DNA from: Candidatus Methylomirabilota bacterium
GTDB lineage: Bacteria; Eisenbacteria; RBG-16-71-46
DNA length: 62,220 nucleotides
Direction of reading: 5' to 3'
NCBI GenBank assembly: GCA_035606545.1
Contig: DATNFC010000162.1
Span: 1 to 62,220, forward strand
The position numbers and the translations under genes were made by a program. This document shows positions 1 through 9,184 of this stretch, one piece after another (positions within the stretch are counted from its first letter, which is position 1; every line of letters begins with the position of its first letter). The notes beneath the pieces are model-generated. The model searched no databases, was not told the origin of the DNA, and was given only the letters and a program-made list of their open reading frames with translations.

Positions 1-1
1 C

Positions 2-175
2 GACGTGGTCGGCCGCAGGGTGCGCACGCTCGCCGACCGGGTGTTCCCGGCCGGCGAGCAGGTGCTGCAATGGGACGGCACCGACGATGCGGGCCGCGGC
101 GTCGGCCGCGGCGTCTACTTCGTCCGGAGCAGCAACGACAAAGGCACCGGCCGCATCATCGTCCTGAACCGCTAG
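2..175 (+). CDS. 3' end of a secreted protein: C-terminal FlgD-Ig-like / T9SS-type sorting domain (5' partial)
   Basis: Open frame from the window edge to TAG 173-175. Translates ...VLQWDGTDDAGRGVGRGVYFVRSSNDKGTGRIIVLNR*. This is the same WDG-D-G-GVYF...hydrophobic-R-stop pattern seen at the C-termini of 17000-18982, 20068-22461 and 36141-38918. Confidence 0.7.
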   Translation, partial: DVVGRRVRTLADRVFPAGEQVLQWDGTDDAGRGVGRGVYFVRSSNDKGTGRIIVLNR

Positions 176-3100
176 TCGCCGCGTCCGTGCCGGCGGTCTG
201 CTTCTTGTAGGCAGGTCGCGCCGGCCGGTTCACGGGGTTCTTCTTCAGCTGGTCGAGCGTCCACTCGATGGCCTTGTCCAGCTGCAGGTCCTTGCCATCC
301 ACGCCGGACTCCGGCGTGTTCTCCACCTCGATGTCGGGGTCCACGCCGTGGTTCTCGACGATCCACTTGCCGTCGGTGCTGTAGATGCCGAAGTCCGGCA
401 TCGTCACCGAGCCGCCGTCCACGAGCGGCAGGTCGTGGGAGATGCCCACGAGCCCGCCCCACGTGCGCTTGCCGATGATCGGCCCGACGCCCTGCTGCTT
501 GAAGTAGAACGGGAAGCAGTCGCCGCCCGAGCCGGCGTACTCGTTCGCGAGGATGCACTTCGGCCCGTCGATGCTCTGGGTCGGGGTGCGGAACGACTCG
601 CGGTCGCGGTTCGACCAGTACGTCCACGTCTTGCGCATCAGCCGCTCGACGAAGAAGTCGGGGATGAAGCCGCCGCCGTTGAAACGCTCGTCGACGATGA
701 TCCCCTGCCGGTCCACCTGCGCGTAGTAGCCCTTGCTGAACTCCTGGATGCCCGCGACCGCGGTGTTCGGCACGTGGATGTACGCCACGCGGCCGCCGGT
801 CGCCTTCCACACCTTCTCGCGGTTCGCCGTCACCCACGCGGTGTAGCGCAGCGACGACTCGCTTCCGACCGGCTTCACCGTGACGGTGCGCGGCTTGGAG
901 TCGTTCGGCGACGAGCCCAGCTTCAGCACGGTCTGCTTGCCGACCGTGCCCACGAACGCCTCGTACACGTTCTCGGGCGCCTTCACCGGCTGGCCGTTCA
1001 CGGCGAGCAGGTAGTCGCCTTCCCTCACCGCGATGCCGGGCTCGCCCAGCGGCGCCGGCACGTCCGAGTTCCAGTCGCGCGCGCGGTAGATCTTCGCCAG
1101 CCGGTAGAGCCCGCTCGAGGCGTCCACCGACCAGTCCACGCCGAGCAGGCCCGTGCCCACGCGCCGGACCTTCGGGAACTCGCCGCCGCCCACGTACGCG
1201 TGCGACGTGGCCAGCTCGCCGATGAGCTCGCCGAGGATGTAGTTCAGGTCCGAGCGGTGCGCCGCGAACGGCACCAGCTGGCGGTAGCGCTCGCCGACCG
1301 CCTTCCAGTCCAGCCCGCCCATCCCCGGGTCGTAGTAGAAGTCACGCTCGAGCCGCCACGCCTCGTTGAACATCTGCATCCACTCGGCGTGCGGATCCAC
1401 CCACGCCATCATCTGGTCGGTGGCGAGCTTGCCGTCGCCTACCTTCTTGCCCTCGCCCACGTCCACGATGCCCAACGTGGAATCCTTCCGGTACATGAGC
1501 TTGCCGCCGTCCTTGGAGAGCGCGAAGCGCCCGGAGACGCCGGAGATCACGGTCTTGTCCTCGCGCTTGTCGAGGTCGTAGACATGGATGCTGCGCGGCG
1601 CCTCGCCGTTCTCGTCGGGCGTCTCGTCCTCGGCGAGGAACACGACCTTGCCCTTGACGCCGACCACCGCGAGGTAGCGGCCGGCCTTGACCGGCAGCTC
1701 GGCGACACGCGTGCCCATCCCGTCCAGGTCGATGACCGTGGCGTCGGACTTGCCGCCGTCGTCGGCCGACTTCGCAGCTTTCCCGCCCTTGCCGCCCTTG
1801 TCGGACTTGTCGTCACCCTTGTCCGCGCTCTCGCCCGGCTCCTCGTCGCTCTCGGGTCCCACCGGTGAGCCCGTGGTGTCGCGCAGCGTCATCGCGTAGA
1901 GCTTGTCCGTGGTCGAGAACGTCATGTCCAGCTCGAACGTGCCGAACTCGGGCCGGAACGTGCGCCGGGAGATGAAGTAGAGGTAGCGGTTCTCGGGATC
2001 GAACGACGGCGCGAAGTCGTCGCTCATGCCGTCGGTGACCGCGGTCGATTTGCCGTTCGCGAGCGAGTGGAGCCAGATCACGCCGAAGTTGGCACCCGTC
2101 GGCTTCACGTATGCGAGCCACCTGGAGTCCGGCGACCACGCGAGCTGGAGGATCTCGCCGAACTCGCCCTTGTCCACCTGCGTCACCTTGCCGGAGGAGA
2201 CGTCGCACCAGAACACGCGCCCGGTCTTGTCCGAGAACGCGAGTTTCTTCGAGTCCGGCGACCAGGTGAGCGGGAAGCGGAACGTGCCGGACTCCTTCGT
2301 CACCTGGCGGCTTGGAGCCTTGCCGTCGGCGCCGATCACGTACGCCTGGTACTCGCCGGTGGCGTCGGACCAGTACGCGACCCACTTGCCGTCCGGCGAC
2401 CACGCGGGATCGCGCTCGCGCGCGCCCGGCGTGTTCGTGAGGTTGCGCACGTCGCCCTTCTCGGCCGGCACGGTGAACAGATCGCCGCGCGCCTCGATCA
2501 CGGCGCGCTTCGCCGACGGCGACAGGTCGAAGCCGGCCATCCAGTCGGCGACCGAGCGATACTCGGGCCGCGTCGCCGGCTTGTCGTCGGGCACCTGCAC
2601 GGAGAGCTTGTGCAGCTTCTCCGAGGGCAGGTCCATGACATACAGCCAGCCGCCGTTCTCGAACACGATCGCGTCGGTACCCACGCTCGGCCACTTCACG
2701 TCGTAGTCGGTGAACGTCGTCACCTGGCGCTGCGTCTTCTTGTCCAGGTCGTAGGCCCAGATGTTCGCGGTGCGGCCATTGCGGTCGGAGCAGTAGTAGA
2801 CCGTGCGGCCGTGGAACATCGGCCACTCGTCGGGGCCCGGCCAGTCGGCGGTGACGTTCTCCGACTTGTTCGCCTTGAAGTCGTAGACCCAGATGTTGGG
2901 CGAGTTGCCGCCCTTGTAGCGCTTCCAGGTGCGGTTGTCGTACGTGGGGGAGACGAACGCGATCTGGTTCGCGTCGGCGGAGAAGCTCGCGTAGCCCGCG
3001 GTCGGCAGCTTCAGCATGTCCTCGAAGCCGCCGGCAGCGGGGATCTTGAAGAAGCGCGTGTAGCGCTGGATGTTCGATGCGCGCGACGAGCGGAACAGCA

Positions 3101-3509
3101 GTGACTTGCCGTCCGGGTACCACTCCGCGACCACGTCGGCCCCGGGATGGAACGTGAGCCGGTTCGGCTCACCGCCCGCGTACGGGATCGTGTACGCGTC
3201 GGCGTTGCCGTCGTACTCTGCCGTGAACGCCACGGTGTTGCCGTCGGGCGAGAGCTTCGGGAACAACTCCTGGCCCTCGTGCGTCGTGAGCCGCTGCGCG
3301 ACACCGCCCGCGCGCGGCAGCGTCCACAGGTCGCCGGCGTACACGAACACGATGTGGTCGCCCTGGATGTCGGGCTGGCGCATGAGCCGGCACTCCTCGA
3401 GCGCCGCAGCGTTCCGGGGAACGAACGCGGCGCACGCGAGCGCGAGCGCGGGGATCAACAGGCGGCGCATGCGGCGGGCGCGCGACGGGTCGGCGTGCAT
3501 GGAGTCCAT
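156..3509 (-). CDS. Tricorn-like protease (TolB-type beta-propellers + PDZ-like + S41 peptidase region), secreted
   Basis: Part of the 1164-aa ORF. Repeated SPDG propeller motifs (LSPDGNTVAF, WSPDGKWVAY, WSPDSKKLAF, WSPDSRWLAY). C-terminal S41-like block (RFNGGGFIPDFF, EYAGSGGDCFPFYF, GKRTWGG). Signal peptide MRRLLIPALALACAAFVP. Start is ATG 3509 (GGAGG 11 nt upstream) or ATG 3470. Confidence 0.85.
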   Translation of the reverse strand: MDSMHADPSRARRMRRLLIPALALACAAFVPRNAAALEECRLMRQPDIQGDHIVFVYAGDLWTLPRAGGVAQRLTTHEGQELFPKLSPDGNTVAFTAEYDGNADAYTIPYAGGEPNRLTFHPGADVVAEWYPDGKSLLFRSSRASNIQRYTRFFKIPAAGGFEDMLKLPTAGYASFSADANQIAFVSPTYDNRTWKRYKGGNSPNIWVYDFKANKSENVTADWPGPDEWPMFHGRTVYYCSDRNGRTANIWAYDLDKKTQRQVTTFTDYDVKWPSVGTDAIVFENGGWLYVMDLPSEKLHKLSVQVPDDKPATRPEYRSVADWMAGFDLSPSAKRAVIEARGDLFTVPAEKGDVRNLTNTPGARERDPAWSPDGKWVAYWSDATGEYQAYVIGADGKAPSRQVTKESGTFRFPLTWSPDSKKLAFSDKTGRVFWCDVSSGKVTQVDKGEFGEILQLAWSPDSRWLAYVKPTGANFGVIWLHSLANGKSTAVTDGMSDDFAPSFDPENRYLYFISRRTFRPEFGTFELDMTFSTTDKLYAMTLRDTTGSPVGPESDEEPGESADKGDDKSDKGGKGGKAAKSADDGGKSDATVIDLDGMGTRVAELPVKAGRYLAVVGVKGKVVFLAEDETPDENGEAPRSIHVYDLDKREDKTVISGVSGRFALSKDGGKLMYRKDSTLGIVDVGEGKKVGDGKLATDQMMAWVDPHAEWMQMFNEAWRLERDFYYDPGMGGLDWKAVGERYRQLVPFAAHRSDLNYILGELIGELATSHAYVGGGEFPKVRRVGTGLLGVDWSVDASSGLYRLAKIYRARDWNSDVPAPLGEPGIAVREGDYLLAVNGQPVKAPENVYEAFVGTVGKQTVLKLGSSPNDSKPRTVTVKPVGSESSLRYTAWVTANREKVWKATGGRVAYIHVPNTAVAGIQEFSKGYYAQVDRQGIIVDERFNGGGFIPDFFVERLMRKTWTYWSNRDRESFRTPTQSIDGPKCILANEYAGSGGDCFPFYFKQQGVGPIIGKRTWGGLVGISHDLPLVDGGSVTMPDFGIYSTDGKWIVENHGVDPDIEVENTPESGVDGKDLQLDKAIEWTLDQLKKNPVNRPARPAYKKQTAGTDAATSGSGR

Positions 3510-3721
3510 GGGGGGAACGCATCCTCCGGAGGGGTCGAGGCTGGGGGGCCAGCGGAATGAGCAGTGTCCGGAGCGGTCCGCCGGCGGGTCAAGGCCCGCG
3601 CCACGAGCGCGCCGCCGCGGGCCGCGAACGAGGCGAGGACGCCGTCTCAAGAGCCTGCCCCGGAAAGTCGATAACCGGGGAGCGGCGTTGCCCCGACCCG
3701 CACACGGAGGTGGATGGCGTC

Positions 3722-5647
3722 ATGGTGGTGAACCCCGGCGGGAAGCCGGGAGAGCCCGAGCCGAGCAAGCGACCCCGTCGGCCCGTCGACGACGGGCTCG
3801 ACGACCTGTTCGCGGATCTTGGCTCGCCGCGGCCCGCAGGGCCCGCGCGCGAGCCCGCGGGCGGTCTCGGCTGGGACGTGCTCCCGGCTGCGAACGAGCC
3901 GCCCGCGCTCGAGGCGGACGAGTTGCACGCCGCTCCCGAGGACGATGCGCTCGAGGACGACGGCCGCGCGCCGCTCGAGCCCGCGGTCAAGGCCGCGGGC
4001 GTGTGGCTGAACATGTTCGCCCGCACGCTCAAGACCTGCCGGCTCTACGACGCCGGCAACCCGGCCGCCGTGCGCTTCCGCGAGGAGCTGGCGCGTTCGC
4101 TCCGCCAGCTGCTCACCGAGTGGGGCGCGGTGACGTACCGCTTCACTGCGGACGACGTCACCTGCGATGGGCACTCGCTCCACCCGGCGCGCTCGCGCGA
4201 GGACAACCTCGCGTTCGCGTTCTATCGCGACGGCGTGCGCGGCCTCACGATCACGCCCGGCGCCGAGCCGCGCGAGTGCGACGCGCTCGTGGACGCTGTG
4301 CTCGGCGTGACCGGCCAGAACCTGGACGGCGACGATCTCGTGACGCTGCTCTGGGAGGCGAACCTCCGCCACGTCGACGTGGACTACATCCCCGCCGAGG
4401 GCGAGACCGGCACCGCGGACGCGGCGGCGCAGCCGGAGGAGGGCGCGCTCCTGCCGTGGCCCACGGCGGGCGGCGGCGAGCAGGAGAAGTCGGCGGGCGA
4501 GCCGTCCGCGGGCCCCGAGCGCTCCGAAGACTGGTCCATGGGCCAGCTCACCGAGGAGGTGGAGGCCACGTTCGCCGAGCTGGACTTCATGTCGCAGCAG
4601 GAGGTGCCACGCTTCATGCAGGAGTTCGCGGCCGAGCGCAACGTGCCGCCGGCGACCGCGGCGCTGGCGGTGGCGCACGCCTGCCTGAACGCCGATCCCG
4701 GCGAAGACGACCGCAAGGAGATGGCGCGCTTCCTGCCGCGCGTGCTGCGCGCGGCGATCGCGGCCGGCGCCTGGGCCGACGCGCGCGAGGCGGTGCGGCT
4801 CGTGCGCGTGTGCGGCTCCAGCGAATGGTCGGACGAGCGCTTCTCGCAGGAGGTGCTGCAGCCGGTGTCGATCACGCGCGCGGCCGAGATGCTCGACACG
4901 CAGGGCCCGGCGGCGTTGAGCGAGTTCATCGCGCTCGCGAACGAGCTGGGCCCGACCGCGCTCGACTGGCTCACGCTCACGCTCAGCGAGTGCCAGACGC
5001 GCATGGCCCGCCAGCTCGTGGCCGAGGCCATCGCCGTGCGCGCGCAGGAGGATCCGTCGCGCCTGGCGCCCTGGATCGCCGACCCGCGCTGGTACGTGGT
5101 CCGCAATGTCGTCCACATCCTCGGTTGGGTGGGCGGGCCGGGCGTCGTGCCGCTGCTCCAGAACGCAGTCAAGTACCCCGACCCGCGGGTGACCGGGGAA
5201 GTGGTGAACGCGCTGCAGGCGGTGGAGCCGCGGCTCGCGCGCCCGGTGCTGATCCGCGCGCTCGAGGGCGCGGACTCGAAACTGTTCTGCCAGATCCTGC
5301 AGCAGCTCTCGGCCGCGAGAGATCCGGCTGTCGCGCGCTACGTCACCGCGTTCATCACCCAGGACCGCTTCCTCCAGCGCCCGGTCGAGGAGCGGCGCGC
5401 GATCTACGCCGCGATCGCCTCCACCGGCGGCGACGAGATCGTGGCCGAGCTGGAAGCGGCGATGAACGGCGGCAACTGGTTCGATCGCGAGCAGGAGGTG
5501 CACCGGCACGCGATCGCGCGCTGTCTCGCGCGCATCAACACGCCCAAGGCGATCGCCGCGCTCGAGGCCGGCGTCCGCTCGCGGCGCGCGCCGGTGCGCC
5601 AGGCGTGCGAGGCGGCGCTGCAACAGCAGCAGCGGAAGGCGGCATGA
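3722..5647 (+). CDS. HEAT-repeat protein with an N-terminal module shared with the downstream HD-GYP protein
   Basis: ATG 3722 lies 11 nt after GGAGG (3706-3710). The C-terminal half has HEAT/PBS-lyase-like repeats (VRNVVHILGWVGGPGVVPLLQNAVKYPDPRVTGEVVNALQAV, RPVLIRALEG, INTPKAIAALEAG). Stop TGA 5645-5647 overlaps the next ATG. Confidence 0.7.
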   Translation: MVVNPGGKPGEPEPSKRPRRPVDDGLDDLFADLGSPRPAGPAREPAGGLGWDVLPAANEPPALEADELHAAPEDDALEDDGRAPLEPAVKAAGVWLNMFARTLKTCRLYDAGNPAAVRFREELARSLRQLLTEWGAVTYRFTADDVTCDGHSLHPARSREDNLAFAFYRDGVRGLTITPGAEPRECDALVDAVLGVTGQNLDGDDLVTLLWEANLRHVDVDYIPAEGETGTADAAAQPEEGALLPWPTAGGGEQEKSAGEPSAGPERSEDWSMGQLTEEVEATFAELDFMSQQEVPRFMQEFAAERNVPPATAALAVAHACLNADPGEDDRKEMARFLPRVLRAAIAAGAWADAREAVRLVRVCGSSEWSDERFSQEVLQPVSITRAAEMLDTQGPAALSEFIALANELGPTALDWLTLTLSECQTRMARQLVAEAIAVRAQEDPSRLAPWIADPRWYVVRNVVHILGWVGGPGVVPLLQNAVKYPDPRVTGEVVNALQAVEPRLARPVLIRALEGADSKLFCQILQQLSAARDPAVARYVTAFITQDRFLQRPVEERRAIYAAIASTGGDEIVAELEAAMNGGNWFDREQEVHRHAIARCLARINTPKAIAALEAGVRSRRAPVRQACEAALQQQQRKAA

Positions 5648-7128
5648 CCGAGCCCGCGACCCCCGGCATCCCCGGACCCGACGATGCCGCCCATGCCGGC
5701 GCCGGCGACGCGCAGGCGCTCGCTGAGCAGGGCGCGCTGATCATCCAGCGCGTGGTGGCGCTGATGCGCACCGCGCGCACGTACGACGTGTCGAACATGG
5801 CATTCCAGCGCCAGCTCCAGGAGTTCATGAGCGTGCTGCGCCGGCTGCTCGACGAGGAGGAAGAGGTCACGCTGGTCGCGGTGGCCGACTACTTCTACCT
5901 GAACGGCGTGCGCGTGAAGGCCTCGACCGCGCTCATGGGCCAGTACCACACGCTGCTCACCGACTTCGAGCGGCGGCAGACCGGCGGCCTGCGGTTCACG
6001 CAGGGCGTGAACGAGGCCGAGGTCGAGCGCTTCTTCCAGATCTTCCTCGCCGCCGAGGACCCGGCGTTGGCGCCCAAGCTCCCGGAGACCGTGGACGAGG
6101 CGCAGATCCAGAACATCGTGCCGTTCCCGGCCGCACACCTGGACGCCGAGGACCTCGTGCGCGAGCTGGACGACCTTCCGAAAGCGCAGCAGGAACGAGC
6201 CCGCGCGAAACAGGTGTTCTGGCGGGCGGTCGTGGGTACGAAGAAAGTCGTGCTGCGCGCGCGGCAGACCGGCCGGCCGGACCTGCGGCATGCGAAGCGC
6301 GTCGTCCAGCCGATCGTCGACACGGTGATGAAGAGCGACTACACGCTGGTCGGGCTCACGGCGCTCAAGGACCACGACGAGTACACGTACGCGCACTGCG
6401 TGAACGTGGCCGTGCTCTCGGTGGGCATGGGGCAATCGCTTGGGCTCCCGCGCCAGGCGCTCGCCGACCTCGGCGTGGCGGGGCTGCTGCACGACCTCGG
6501 CAAGATGCGCGTCGCCGGCGACGTGCTGCGGAAGCCCGGCGCGCTCTCCGCCGAGGAGTGGCTGCAGATGCGCCGTCACCCGATCGAGGGCGCGAAGATG
6601 GTCGCGCGCATGCCGGGCCTGTCGCAGGTGATGATCGACTCGATGCGCGGCTGCTTCGAGCACCATATGAACTACAACCGCACCGGCTACCCGGACGTGG
6701 TCGTGGACTGGGGGCAGGCGACGCTGTCGCGGATCATCGCCATGGCCGACTGCTTCGACGCCATCACCGCGCACCGCGCCTACTACAAGCGGCCGCACAC
6801 CGCGTTCGAGGGGCTTCAGGTGCTGATGGGCCCGAACCGCGTGAACTTCGATCCCGCCGTGCTGTGGGCGCTGGTCAAGACCGTGGGGCTCTACCCGGCG
6901 GGCACGGTGATGCAGACCGAGTCGGGCCACCTCGTGCTGTCGATGTCGCCGAACGCGAACGACGTCACGCGGCCGAACTGCCGGGTGCTGCACCGGCCCG
7001 TCGATGCGGGGACCACCGGCACCGCGGACGACGAGATCTGGGACCCGATGCCGGCGACCGAGACGGTGCGCCGCGTGCTGCCGCCCGAGGAGCACCAGAC
7101 CGACACGGAGCAGTTGCTGGCGGCCTAG
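5644..7128 (+). CDS. HD-GYP-type metal-dependent phosphohydrolase (putative cyclic-di-GMP phosphodiesterase or receptor)
   Basis: ATG 5644 forms an ATGA overlap with the upstream stop. Motifs: HCVNVAVLSVGMG, GLLHDLGK, RRHPIEGAKM, FEHHMNYNRTGYPD (HD plus a GYP-like motif). Confidence 0.85.
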   Translation: MTEPATPGIPGPDDAAHAGAGDAQALAEQGALIIQRVVALMRTARTYDVSNMAFQRQLQEFMSVLRRLLDEEEEVTLVAVADYFYLNGVRVKASTALMGQYHTLLTDFERRQTGGLRFTQGVNEAEVERFFQIFLAAEDPALAPKLPETVDEAQIQNIVPFPAAHLDAEDLVRELDDLPKAQQERARAKQVFWRAVVGTKKVVLRARQTGRPDLRHAKRVVQPIVDTVMKSDYTLVGLTALKDHDEYTYAHCVNVAVLSVGMGQSLGLPRQALADLGVAGLLHDLGKMRVAGDVLRKPGALSAEEWLQMRRHPIEGAKMVARMPGLSQVMIDSMRGCFEHHMNYNRTGYPDVVVDWGQATLSRIIAMADCFDAITAHRAYYKRPHTAFEGLQVLMGPNRVNFDPAVLWALVKTVGLYPAGTVMQTESGHLVLSMSPNANDVTRPNCRVLHRPVDAGTTGTADDEIWDPMPATETVRRVLPPEEHQTDTEQLLAA

Positions 7129-7144
7129 GCCGGTACAAAGCGAG

Positions 7145-7170
7145 AGGGCGGCGCCTTTCGGCGCCGCCCT
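7145..7170. terminator. Hairpin terminator between convergent genes
   Basis: AGGGCGGCGCC-TTTC-GGCGCCGCCCT: an 11-bp perfect stem with a 4-nt loop, followed by TCGCGTTTC. It lies 17 nt after the HD-GYP stop and downstream of the minus-strand gene ending at 7280. Confidence 0.6.
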
Positions 7171-7279
7171 TCGCGTTTCAGTGGGTCAGCCGTGCGAGCC
7201 TGGACGCTCCCCGTTTGTTCCAGCCCCACCGCCGCAGACCCACTCCCTGCGGGCGTCGATCGCGTCGACGCCCAAGTCG

Positions 7280-7714
7280 TCAGCCGTCGTACCGATGCCA
7301 CGCACCGTGGTGGTAACGGAGCGAGCGGATGTGGCGGCCGCTGTTCACGTCGACCACGTACACGAGGCGCGGGTGGTGATAGGTGAACTGGCACTCGTCG
7401 AGCGACTCGTACCAGACGCCCGCGTACGGATCCCAGTAGCGGTACACGACCGCCGGATGGCTGTAGTACACCGGTTCGTGCACGATGACCGGGTTCGCGC
7501 TCGACGCGATCGCCGAGCCGATGATGAAGCCGCCGATCAGCGCGGCGACGGCCGGCGCGGCGCTCGAGCGTTCGCGCACGATCACGCGCTGCACGGGGTA
7601 GGCGTTGCTCACGCCCTTGTACCGGCGGTGACCCGCGTATGCCACCGACGCCGTGGAGAGCAACATCGAGGCGAGCAGGGCGCTATGGATGGTGCGCGTG
7701 ACGTTCGAGTTCAT
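7280..7714 (-). CDS. Small secreted Tyr/His-rich hypothetical protein
   Basis: ATG 7714 is preceded by GGAGG with a 5-nt spacer. Signal-peptide-like ALLASMLLSTASVAYA. Aromatic/His-rich C-terminus (YYSHPAVVYRYWDPYAGVWY, YHHGAWHRYDG). No family recognised. Confidence 0.6.
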   Translation of the reverse strand: MNSNVTRTIHSALLASMLLSTASVAYAGHRRYKGVSNAYPVQRVIVRERSSAAPAVAALIGGFIIGSAIASSANPVIVHEPVYYSHPAVVYRYWDPYAGVWYESLDECQFTYHHPRLVYVVDVNSGRHIRSLRYHHGAWHRYDG

Positions 7715-7897
7715 GATGTCCTCCGGGTGCGGTCCGACTGCTTGCCCGGAGTAAAAGCAGCCCTCGTGCCATGTACGGCACGGGGCTGCATGTCCGCTGG
7801 CGCGATGGGGTTAGCGCGCCCGGGCGAATCGCCCCGGCGCCGGCCGCTGTGGCGGCCCCGCCACAGCGCGCGACCGCGCCGCGGCACCGGACGCGAC

Positions 7898-7930
7898 GAG
7901 GCCGCGGCGGAGGGAGATCGCCGCGGCCTC
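7898..7930 (-). terminator. GC-rich hairpin downstream of the cupredoxin gene
   Basis: GAGGCCGCGGCG-(9 nt loop)-CGCCGCGGCCTC: a 12-bp perfect stem about 27 nt past the stop at 7957. There is no U-tract, so its function is uncertain. Confidence 0.35.
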
Positions 7931-7956
7931 GGGTCGCGAACCAGGATGTCGCGGCG

Positions 7957-8361
7957 CTAGGGCCGCGTCACCGTGTGGTTCGACATGTTGCTGACGTTGG
8001 CCCAGCGCACGTAGCCACCGGTGTCGATCGTCACCGTGGCGGGACTGAACGAGAGCGTGTTGCCCGCGCCCACCTGTACGAACGCGGAGTCGGCAGCGCC
8101 CACGACGACGTTGATCGTACCCGTCATGCCGCTGCTGCCGTGCGGGATGCAGTGATAGGCCCAGGCTCCGACGTCGTGGAAGAACAGCCGGTTCGACGTG
8201 CCGGGCGTGCCGGCGGTTCCCTGCGCCGGGAACGCGAGGCTGAACGTGGGGCCGATAACGGGCGGCGTCGGCGCCGTGCTGTCGCTGCTCTTGGAGCAGC
8301 CGGCGAGGATCGCGGCGAAGAGGGCCAGGGCGAGGGCGCCCCGGGCGAGTCGGGACTGCAT
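7957..8361 (-). CDS. Cupredoxin (type-1 blue copper) lipoprotein, apparently circularly permuted
   Basis: ATG 8361 follows AGGAGG. Lipobox signal MQSRLARGALALALFAAILAGC. Cys-His-Met copper loop YHCIPHGSSGMTG. The fourth ligand candidate lies in the C-terminal SFSPATVTIDTGGYVRWANVSNMSNHTVT block. Confidence 0.75.
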   Translation of the reverse strand: MQSRLARGALALALFAAILAGCSKSSDSTAPTPPVIGPTFSLAFPAQGTAGTPGTSNRLFFHDVGAWAYHCIPHGSSGMTGTINVVVGAADSAFVQVGAGNTLSFSPATVTIDTGGYVRWANVSNMSNHTVTRP

Positions 8362-8530
8362 GCATCCTCCTGGTTCGAATGTGAGGCACCCGGTCGGGGG
8401 AACGTATCGTCCTCCATTCGATGACCCGGGTCCATGACGGGGTCGCGCAGCCGCGAAGTGGGCGTGGAGGCTTTGTGAATTCCCGCGTGCGATGGTTCCG
8501 CTTCGGCCTTCGAATCTCGCATTCTTGTGG

Positions 8531-8552
8531 AGGACGCTCATGGGAGCGTCCT
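8531..8552 (-). terminator. Hairpin downstream of the 8675-12639 operon
   Basis: AGGACGCTC-ATGG-GAGCGTCCT: a 9-bp stem about 120 nt past the stop at 8675. No U-tract. Confidence 0.3.
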
Positions 8553-8674
8553 GAAGTCGCTGCACGACTCACAGCGTAGCGAAGCGTCACGCGCACGGGC
8601 CCTGCTCCCGGAAGGATCGGGGCTCGTGCCGTCGTGTTTCGGGGATCGCGTTTGCCGCCGCGACGTCGCCCCGC

Positions 8675-9184
8675 TCAGGGCCGCGTTTCGTGGTGCTTCT
8701 TGTGGTGCCTCGGTCCCTGCGCGATGAGCAGCGCGAGTCCAACCACCAGTCCGCCGAGCAGGACCTGGAACAGCACGAACGCGCCCACCTTGAGCCACGC
8801 GAAGCCGGGGTGGACGAAGCGCGTGAGCCAGCCGGCGGCCTCCATGAGCAGCGCGGAGACGAACGAGGCGATGATGAGCGCCGCCTTCTTCGCGTTGTGC
8901 GTGGGCGCGAACACGAGCAGGTGGGTGAGCAGCAGCAACACGAGCGCGAACATCGGCAGGTGCATGTGCGTCACCTCGAGCAGGCTCTCGGCCGAGCGCG
9001 GCGCCATGAAGCGCGCTTCGTCGCCGCGGTAGTAGGCGACGACGCTCGCGGGATCGAGGCTCATGTGGGCGAAGTAGAGCGCCAGGTTGCTCACCCAGAA
9101 GCCCGCGAGCAGCACGAGCGCCAGCCCCAGCGTGAGGCGCATGAGCGGGTTGTTCTGGAAGCCGCCCTGCTGCAGGTACTTCAT
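8675..9184 (-). CDS. His-rich four-TM inner-membrane protein (unknown family)
   Basis: ATG 9184 forms an ATGA overlap with the upstream stop, and GGAGGAG lies upstream. Four hydrophobic helices. Histidines within or next to the helices (YFAHM, VTHMHLP, LLTHLL, APTHN, FVHP). Confidence 0.75.
   Translation of the reverse strand: MKYLQQGGFQNNPLMRLTLGLALVLLAGFWVSNLALYFAHMSLDPASVVAYYRGDEARFMAPRSAESLLEVTHMHLPMFALVLLLLTHLLVFAPTHNAKKAALIIASFVSALLMEAAGWLTRFVHPGFAWLKVGAFVLFQVLLGGLVVGLALLIAQGPRHHKKHHETRP

Noticed and set aside
3070-7128. Single 1352-aa plus-strand ORF, and similar run-on ORFs (35262-38918, 19555-22461, 12697-14631, 28278-29966).
   Set aside because: The 5' parts are antisense or intergenic read-through. 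Internal starts with RBSs, signal peptides or ATGA overlaps define the real, shorter genes.
8365-8520. TTCGAAT strings (T-loop-like) in the 8362-8674 spacer, and CTTGAATCC at about 25108, considered as tRNA or tRNA fragments.
   Set aside because: The flanking bases do not form T-arm stems, and no acceptor or anticodon arms can be drawn.
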